A DNA stretch of 64,000 nt from Eledone cirrhosa (taxonomy: Eukaryota). The stretch spans positions 91,574,001 to 91,638,000 of the forward strand of contig OZ024745.1 of the NCBI GenBank assembly GCA_964016885.1, in the 5' to 3' direction. A program made the translations under genes and the position numbers. The notes below the pieces were generated by a model, which saw only the letters and a program-made list of their open reading frames with translations, ran no database searches and had not been told where the DNA came from. Positions 55,501 to 64,000 of the stretch are shown one piece after another (position 1 is the first letter of the stretch; each line of letters starts with the position of its first letter).

Positions 55501-55698
55501 TCCTCTCCATCTAGTCTCTTGCACACAGCATACATCAACTTCCTTTCGCTCTAGCATTTCTACGATTTCTCCTGCTCTTCCTTTCATTGAGCCTACATTG
55601 ATGGTACCAACTCGGAGTTTTGGGCATTTGTCGACACTCGTAGGGGAGGGTCTCTGGGTTGGCGCTTCACGTGGGTGCTTGGTAGCTCGCAGATTCAT
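52579..55698 (-). CDS. LINE polyprotein APE-RT with PHD insertion (1039 aa), identical to 34024-37143
   Basis: The ORF-track translation appears identical to copy 1; offset 18555 bp. Confidence 0.97.
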   Translation of the reverse strand: MNLRATKHPREAPTQRPSPTSVDKCPKLRVGTINVGSMKGRAGEIVEMLERKEVDVCCVQETRWRGGSARVLVGKSQCYKFFWVGNDDGMGGVGILLADKWVDKVISVYRVNARIIKLRLVLNKTITTIISAYAPQSGLPDELKDRFYESLIHTTALTDDKDFLIIAGDFNGHVGKHCDGFNRVHGGHGVGTRNEEGFRLLEFCDANDMSICNTNFKKPDNHLITYRSGEHSSQLDFILIRGRDRWTVVNTKAFPSEECTSQHSLVVSDLTVRTRRALKQRPTWRRKIWKLKVPSTSNRFKDILLNAYDSKEEQIETFNVEENWEFLKNNLLEATDEVCGWSKTSSRRRVTWWWNNKVDEAVKAKRQAWKEWKNGGSRVHYIETKREARRQVYLARREAEDRKFKHVLQREDQKQEVFKIARQCVRDSCDVIGEKCIRNDKGELALTSAEKKDAWKSHYDRLLNEENAWEEETLPQVDPIEGPAVQVSGSVVSKAIRDMKIGKATGPSGIAAEMLKASGSVGHTITTRIVNQVILEGAIPKDWCSSIIVNCYKGKGDALDRGNYRGIKLMDQVMKVTERVIAQLIRDRVNIDEMQFGFVPGKGTTDALFLVRQLQEKYLAKSKPLYLAFVDLEKAFDRVPRAVIWWALRKLGVDEWLVKAVQAIYRGAVSKVRIGNEYSEEFSVQVGVHQGSVLSPLLFIIVLQAITEEFKTGCPWELLYADDLALIAESMVELENKFQTWKQGLERKGLKVNMTKTKVLISRRENRTQIPSGKWPCSVCRKGVGRNSILCPKCKQWVHKRCSGISGSLIKNVGFTCSSCAETASKQPQETSTTNLWEGPVETVDSFCYLGDRISNGGGCSESTITRVRTGWKKFRELLPLLAAKGFSLRMKGRLYDACIRTAMLHGSETWALKVEDLRRLERNEACMLRWMCNSNIRERQSINELRERLSIRGIKCCVQERRLRWYGHVMRMKDDSCIKRCRALEVDGNRGVGRPKMTWDEVIKADLTQLHLSKSMTHDRDFWRHAVIQGTRPPMGTC
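53239..53376 (-). other. C4HC3 (PHD-type) zinc-finger coding segment inside the RT of copy 2
   Basis: Same Cys/His spacing as copy 1. Confidence 0.85.
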
Positions 55699-55981
55699 AT
55701 TTCATCTATTGATTCAGAGTTGCTCGTGTATTCCCAGCTCATCCATCCATAACGGTGGGAAAATTGAGGGCTAGAAGGACAGTGGTGGTGGGGTAATGGC
55801 AGGGTGTGTTGGGATGCGCCAGAGGAGGAGAGAGTTAGTTAGGCAGGTAGTAGCAGCAGCAGCAGTGGAAATGGCATGCTAGGTTTGATTGGTCGAATAG
55901 ACTATGGTGGTGTGTGGGGGTGGGGGGGGGAGGGAAATTGTGAGGTAGGAACTGAGGGTCGCATGGTAAATATCCAAGTTA

Positions 55982-58900
55982 ATACAGTAAGTTATATTAC
56001 TCTGTCTGAGTATCAAACAGCTCCACTAGATACAGTAAGTTATATTACTCTGCCTGAGTATCAAACAGCTCCACTAGATACAGTAAGTTATATTACTCTG
56101 CCTGAGTATCAAACAGCTCCACTAGATACAGTAAGTTATATTACTCTGTCTGAGTATCAAACACCTCCACTAGATACAGTAAGTTATATTACTCTGCCTG
56201 AGTATCAAACAGCTCCATTAGATACAGTAAGTTATATTACTCTGCCTGAGTATCAAACAGCTCCACTAGATACAGTAAGTTATATTACTCTGTCTGAGTA
56301 TCAAACAGCTCCACTAGATACAGTAAGTTATATTACTCTGTCTGAGTATCAAACAGCTACACTAGATACAGTAAGTTATATTACTCTGCCTGAGTATCAA
56401 ACAGCTCCACTAGATACAGTAAGTTAATTTACTCTGTCTGAGTATCAAATAGCTCCACTAGATACAGTAAGTTATATTACTCTGTCTGAGTATCAAACAG
56501 CTCCACTAGATACAGTAAGTTATATTACTCTGCCTGAGTATCAAACAGCTCCACTAGATACAGTAAGTTATATTACTCTGCCTGAGTATCAAATAGCTTC
56601 ACTAGATACAGTAAGTTATATTACACTGCCTGAGTATCAAACAGCTCCACTAGGTACAGTAAGTTATATTACTCTGCCTGAGTATCAAATAGCTTCACTA
56701 GATACAGTAAGTTATATTACACTGCCTGAGTATCAAACAGCTCCACTAGGTACAGTAAGTTATATTACTCTGCCTGAGTATCAAACAGTTCCACTAGATG
56801 CAGTAAGTTATATTACTCTGCCTGAGTATCAAACAACTCCACTAGATACAGTAAGTTATATTACTCTGTCTGAGTATCAAACAGCTCCACTAGATACAGT
56901 AAGTTATATTACTCTGCCTGAGTATCAAACAGCTCCACTAGATACAGTAAGTTATATTACTCTGTCTGAGTATCAAACATCTCCCCTAGATACAGTAAGT
57001 TATATTACTCTGCCTGAGTATCAGACAGCTCCACTAGATACAGTAAGTTATATTACTCTGTCTGAGTATCAAACAGCTGCACTAGATACAGTAAGTTATA
57101 TTACTCTGAGTATCAAACACCTCCACTAGATACAGTAAGTTATATTACTCTGTCTGAGTATCAAACAGCTCCACTAGATACAGTAAGTTATATTACTCTG
57201 TCTGAGTATCAAACAGCTCCACTAGATACAGTAAGTTATATTACTCTGAGTATCAAACAGCTCCACTAGATACAGTAAGTTATATTACTCTGTCTGAGTA
57301 TCAAACACCTCCACTAGATACAGTAAGTTATATTACTCTGTCTGAGTATCAAACAGCTCCACTAGATACAGTAAGTTATATTACTCTGTCTGAGTATCAA
57401 ACAGCTCCACTAGATACAGTAAGTTATATTACTCTGTCTGAGTATCAAACAGCTCCACTAGATACAGTAAGTTATATTACTCTGTCTGAGTATCAAACAG
57501 CTCCACTAGATACAGTAAGTTATATTACTCTGCCTGAGTATCAAACAGCTCCACTAGATACAGTAAGTTATATTACTCTGTCTGAGTATCAAACAGCTCC
57601 CCTAGATACAGTAAGTTATATTACTCTGTCTGAGTATCAAACATCTCCCCTAGATACAGTAAGTTATATTACTCTGCCTGAGTATCAAACAGCTCCACTA
57701 GATACAGTAAGTTATATTACTCTGTCTGAGTATCAAACAGCTCCACTACATACAGTAAGTTATATTACTCTGTCTGAGTATCAAACACCTCCACTAGATA
57801 CAGTAAGTTATATTACCCTGTCTGAGTATCAAACAGCTCCACTAGATACAGTAAGTTATATTACTCTGTCTGAGTATCAAACAGCTCCACTAGATACAGT
57901 AAGTTATATTACTCTGTCTGAGTATCAAACAGCTCCACTAGATACAGTAAGTTATATTACTCTGTCTGAGTATCAAACAGCTCCACTAGATACAGTAAGT
58001 TATATTACTCTGTCTGAGTATCAAACAGCTCCACTAGATACAGTAAATTATATTACTCTGTCTGAGTATCAAACACCTCCACTAGATACAGTAAGTTATA
58101 TTACTCTGTCTGAGTATCAAACAGCTCCACTAGATACAGTAAGTTATATTACTCTCCCTGAGTATCAAACAGCTCCACTAGATACAGTAAGTTATATTAC
58201 TCTGTCTGAGTATCAAATAGCTCCACTAGATACAGTAAGTTATATTACTCTGCCTGAGTATCAAACAGCTCCACTACATACAGTAAGTTATATTACTCTG
58301 CCTGAGTATCAAACAGCTCCACTACATACAGTAAGTTATATTACTCCACCTGAGTATCAAACAGCTCCACTAGATACAGTAAGTTATATTACTCTGTCTG
58401 AGTATCAAACACCTCCACTAGATACAGTAAGTTATATTACTCTGTCTGAGTATCAAACAGCTCCACTAGATACAGTAAGTTATATTACTCTGTCTGAGTA
58501 TCAAACACCTCCACTAGATACAGTAAGTTATATTACTCTGTCTGAGTATCAAACAGCTCCACTAGATACAGTAAGTTATATTACTCTGTCTGAGTATCAA
58601 ACAGCTCCACTAGATACAGTAAGTTATATTACTCTGTCTGAGTATCAAACAGCTCCACTAGATACAGTAAGTTATATTACTCTGTCTGAGTATCAAACAG
58701 CTCCACTAGATACAGTAAGTTATATTACTCTGCCTGAGTATCAAACAGCTCCACTAGATACAGTAAGTTATATTGCTCTGTCTGAGTATCAAACAGCTCC
58801 ACTAGATACAGTAAGTTATATTACTCTGTCTGAGTATCAAACAGCTCCACTAGATACAGTAAGTTATATTACTCTGTCTGAGTATCAAACAGCTCCACTA

Positions 58901-61900
58901 GATACAGTAAGTTATATTACTCTGTCTGAGTATCAAACACCTCCACTAGATACAGTAAGTTATATTACTCTGTCTGAGTATCAAACAGCTCCACTAGATA
59001 CAGTAAGTTATATTACTCTGTCTGAGTATCAAACAGCTCCACTAGATACAGTAAGTTATATTACTCTGTCTGAGTATCAAACAGCTCCACTAGATACAGT
59101 AAATTATATTACTCTGTCTGAGTATCAAACACCTCCACTAGATACAGTAAGTTATATTACTCTGTCTGAGTATCAAACAGCTCCACTAGATACAGTAAGT
59201 TATATTACTCTCCCTGAGTATCAAACAGCTCCACTAGATGCAGTAAGTTATATTACTCTGTCTGATTATCAAACAGCTCCACTACATACAGTAAGTTATA
59301 TTACTCTGCCTGAGTATCAAACAGCTCCACTACATAGAGTAAGTTATATTACTCTGCCTGAGTATCAAACAGCTCCACTAGATACAGTAAGTTATATTAC
59401 TCTGTCTGAGTATCAAACACCTCCACTAGATACAGTAAGTTATATTACTCTGTCTGAGTATCAAACAGCTCCACTAGATACAGTAAGTTATATTACTCTG
59501 TCTGAGTATCAAACAGCTCCACTAGATACAGTAAGTTATATTACTCTGTCTGAGTATCAAACAGCTCCACTAGATACAGTAAGTTATATTACTCTGTCTG
59601 AGTATCAAACACCTCCACTAGATACAGTAAGTTATATTACTCTGTCTGAGTATCAAACAGCTCCACTAGATACAGTAAGTTATATTACTCTGTCTGAGTA
59701 TCAAACAGCTCCACTAGATACAGTAAGTTATATTACTCTGTCTGAGTATCAAACAGCTCCACTAGATACAGTAAGTTATATTACTCTGTCTGAGTATCAA
59801 ACAGCTCCACTAGATACAGTAAGTTATATTACTCTGCCTGAGTATCAAACAGCTCCACTAGATACAGTAAGTTATATTACTCTGCCTGAGTATCAAACAG
59901 CTCCACTAGATACAGTAAGTTATATTACTCTGTCTGAGTATCAAACACCTCCACTAGATACAGTAAGTTATATTACTCTGCCTGAGTATCAAACAGCTCC
60001 ATTAGATACAGTAAGTTATATTACTCTGCCTGAGTATCAAACAGCTCCACTAGATACAGTAAGTTATATTACTCTGTCTGAGTATCAAACAGCTCCACTA
60101 GATACAGTAAGTTATATTACTCTGTCTGAGTATCAAACAGCTCCACTAGATACAGTAAGTTATATTACTCTGCCTGAGTATCAAACAGCTCCACTAGATA
60201 CAGTAAGTTAATTTACTCTGTCTGAGTATCAAATAGCTCCACTAGATACAGTAAGTTATATTACTCTGTCTGAGTATCAAACAGCTCCACTAGATACAGT
60301 AAGTTATATTACTCTGCCTGAGTATCAAACAGCTCCACTAGATACAGTAAGTTATATTACTCTGCCTGAGTATCAAATAGCTTCACTAGATACAGTAAGT
60401 TATATTACACTGCCTGAGTATCAAACAGCTCCACTAGGTACAGTAAGTTATATTACTCTGCCTGAGTATCAAATAGCTTCACTAGATACAGTAAGTTATA
60501 TTACACTGCCTGAGTATCAAACAGCTCCACTTGGTACAGTAGGTTATATTACTCTGCCTGAGTATCAAACAGTTCCACTAGATGCAGTAAGTTATATTAC
60601 TCTGCCTGAGTATCAAACAACTCCACTAGATACAGTAAGTTATATTACTCTGTCTGAGTATCAAACAGCTCCACTAGATACAGTAAGTTATATTACTCTG
60701 CCTGAGTATCAAACAGCTCCACTAGATACAGTAAGTTATATTACTCTGTCTGAGTATCAAACATCTCCCCTAGATACAGTAAGTTATATTACTCTGCCTG
60801 AGTATCAGACAGCTCCACTAGATACAGTAAGTTATATTACTCTGTCTGAGTATCAAACAGCTGCACTAGATACAGTAAGTTATATTACTCTGAGTATCAA
60901 ACACCTCCACTAGATACAGTAAGTTATATTACTCTGTCTGAGTATCAAACAGCTCCACTAGATACAGTAAGTTATATTACTCTGTCTGAGTATCAAACAG
61001 CTCCACTAGATACAGTAAGTTATATTACTCTGAGTATCAAACAGCTCCACTAGATACAGTAAGTTATATTACTCTGTCTGAGTATCAAACACCTCCACTA
61101 GATACAGTAAGTTATATTACTCTGTCTGAGTATCAAACAGCTCCACTAGATACAGTAAGTTATATTACTCTGTCTGAGTATCAAACAGCTCCACTAGATA
61201 CAGTAAGTTATATTACTCTGTCTGAGTATCAAACAGCTCCACTAGATACAGTAAGTTATATTACTCTGCCTGAGTATCAAACAGCTCCACTAGATACAGT
61301 AAGTTATATTACTCTGTCTGAGTATCAAACAGCTCCCCTAGATACAGTAAGTTATATTACTCTGTCTGAGTATCAAACATCTCCCCTAGATACAGTAAGT
61401 TATATTACTCTGTCTGAGTATCAAACAGCTCCACTAGATACAGTAAGTTATATTACTCTGTCTGAGTATCAAACAGCTCCACTACATACAGTAAGTTATA
61501 TTACTCTGTCTGAGTATCAAACACCTCCACTAGATACAGTAAGTTATATTACCCTGTCTGAGTATCAAACAGCTCCACTAGATACAGTAAGTTATATTAC
61601 TCTGTCTGAGTATCAAACAGCTCCACTAGATACAGTAAGTTATATTACTCTGTCTGAGTATCAAACAGCTCCACTAGATACAGTAAGTTATATTACTCTG
61701 TCTGAGTATCAAACAGCTCCACTAGATACAGTAAGTTATATTACTCTGTCTGAGTATCAAACAGCTCCACTAGATACAGTAAGTTATATTACTCTGTCTG
61801 AGTATCAAACACCTCCACTAGATACAGTAAGTTATATTACTCTGTCTGAGTATCAAACAGCTCCACTAGATACAGTAAGTTATATTACTCTGTCTGATTA

Positions 61901-64000
61901 TCAAACAGCTCCACTAGATGCAGTAAGTTATATTACTCTGTCTGATTATCAAACAGCTCCACTACATACAGTAAGTTATATTACTCTGCCTGAGTATCAA
62001 ACAGCTCCACTACATACGGTAAGTTATATTACTCTGCCTGAGTATCAAATAGCTCCACTAGATACAGTAAGTTATATTACTTTGTCTGAGTATCAAACAC
62101 CTCCACTAGATACAGTAAGTTATATTACACTGTCTGAGTATCAAACAGCTCCACTAGATACAGTAAGTTATATTACTCTGTCTGAGTATCAAACAGCTCC
62201 ACTAGATACAGTAAGTTATATTACTCTGTCTGAGTATCAAACAGCTCCACTATATAAAGTAAGTTATATTACTCTGTCTGAGTATCAAACAGCTCCACTA
62301 GATACAGTAAGTTATATTACTCTGTCTGAGTATCAAACAGCTCCACTAGATACAGTAAGTTATATTACTCCGCCTGAGTATCAAACAGCTCCACTACATA
62401 CAGTAAGTTATATTACTCTGCCTGAGTATCAAACAGCTCCACTAGATACAGTAAGTTATATTACTCTGCCTGAGTATCAAACAGCTCCACTACATACAGT
62501 AAGTTATATTACTCCGCCTGAGTATCAAACAGCTCCACTACATACAGTAAGTTATATTACTCTGCCTGAGTATCAAACAGCTCCACTAGATACAGTAAGT
62601 TATATTACTCTGCCTGAGTATCAAACAGCTCCACTAGATACAGTAAGTTATATTACGCTGTCTGAGTATCAAACAGCTCCACTAGATACAGTAAGTTATA
62701 TTACTCTGCCTGAGTATCAAACAGCTCCACTAGATACAGTAAGTTATATTACTCTGCCTGAGTATCAAATAGCTCCACTAGATACAGTAAGTTATATTAC
62801 ACTGCCTGAGTATGAAACAGCTCCACTAGGTACAGTAAGTTATATTACTCTGCCTGAGTATCAAACAGTTCCACTAGATGCAGTAAGTTATATTACTCTG
62901 CCTGAGTATCAAACAACTCCACTAGATACAGTAAGTTATATTACTCTGCCTGCGTATCAAACAGCTCCACTAGATACAGTAAGTTATATTACTCTGCCTG
63001 AGTATCAAACAGCTCCACTAGATACAGTAAGTTATATTACTCTGTCTGAGTATCAAACAGCTCCACTAGATACAGTAAGTTATATTACTCTGTCTGAGTA
63101 TCAAATAGTTCCACTAGATACAGTAAGTTATATTACTCTGCCTGAGTATCAAACAGCTCCACTAGATACAGTAAGTTATATTACTCTGCCTGAGTATCAA
63201 ACAGCTCCACTAGATACAGTAAGTTATGTTACTCTGCCTGAGTATCAAACAGCTCCACTAGATACAGTAAGTTATATTACTCTGCCTGAGTATCAAACAG
63301 CTCCACTAGATACAGTAAGTTATGTTACTCTGTCTGAGTATCAAACAGCTCCACTACATACAGTAAGTTATATTACTCTGCCTGAGTATCAAACAGCTCC
63401 ACTAGATACAGTAAGTTATATTACTCTGCCTGAGTATCAAACAGCTCCACTAGATACAGTAAGTTATATTACTCTGCCTGAGTATCAAACAGCTCCACTA
63501 GATACAGTAAGTTATATTACTCTGCCTGAGTATCAAACAGCTCCACTACATACAGTAAGTTATATTAGTCTGCCTGAGTATCAAACAGCTCCACTACATA
63601 CAGTAAGTTATATTACTCCGCCTGAGTATCAAACAGCTCCACTAGATATAGTAAGTTATATTACTCTGTCTGAGTATCATACACCTCCACTAGATACAGT
63701 AAGTTATATTACTCTGTCTGAGTATCAAACAGCTCCACTAGATACAGTAAGTTATATTACTCTGTCTGAGTATCAAACACCTCCACTAGATACAGTAAGT
63801 TATATTACTCTGTCTGAGTATCAAACAGCTCCACTAGATACAGTAAGTTATATTACTCTGCCTGAGTATCAAACAGCTCCACTAGATACAGTAAGTTATA
63901 TTACTCTGTCTGAGTATCAAACACCTCCACTAGATACAGTAAGTTATATTACTCTGTCTGAGTATCAAACAGCTCCACTAGATACAGTAAGTTATATTAC
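55982..64000. repeat. 48-bp satellite array right of LINE copy 2 (~167 monomers; continues beyond window end)
   Basis: Same monomer; variant order is collinear with 37427-50712 apart from block indels. Confidence 0.99.

Larger units (their letters stand above)
52284..55981 (-). mobile_element. RTE-clade LINE copy 2, 3698 bp
   Basis: Same junctions, tail length and ATACA TSD (52279-52283 / 55982-55986) as copy 1, and an identical protein. The only difference I could see is the 3' UTR G-run (G14 vs G12). Confidence 0.93.

Noticed and set aside
33731-55981. Two independent site-specific insertions of the bare element
   Set aside because: The shared private flank variant and kilobases of collinear 5'-side satellite show descent from one insertion, so site specificity cannot be concluded from this window.
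1-64000. CRISPR array or other spacer-bearing repeat system
   Set aside because: Monomers abut directly with no unique spacers, there are no cas genes, and the context is a eukaryotic LINE and satellite.

Overview
This window is eukaryotic repetitive DNA with no host gene. About 88% is a head-to-tail satellite of roughly 1,180 copies of a 48-bp monomer (consensus CAAACAGCTCCACTAGATACAGTAAGTTATATTACTCTGTCTGAGTAT, 35% GC, no CpG). Diagnostic variants organise the monomers into nested, irregular higher-order duplications. The array is interrupted twice (33731-37426 and 52284-55981, both minus strand) by an apparently intact ~3.7-kb RTE-clade non-LTR retrotransposon. Its single 1039-aa ORF encodes an APE endonuclease and a reverse transcriptase with a C4HC3 PHD-type finger inserted inside the RT. 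The element has a (TGA)n tail and a 5-bp ATACA target duplication. Both copies encode identical proteins and sit at the same monomer position. They share their 5'-side satellite flank up to the window end, but their 3'-side flanks diverge within ~110 bp of the tail. The LINE plus its upstream satellite therefore forms a 13-18 kb macro-repeat with one boundary at the LINE 3' end. From memory, the 3' UTR resembles cephalopod (Octopus-like) RTE/SINE repeats; this is unverified. All comparisons were made by eye.
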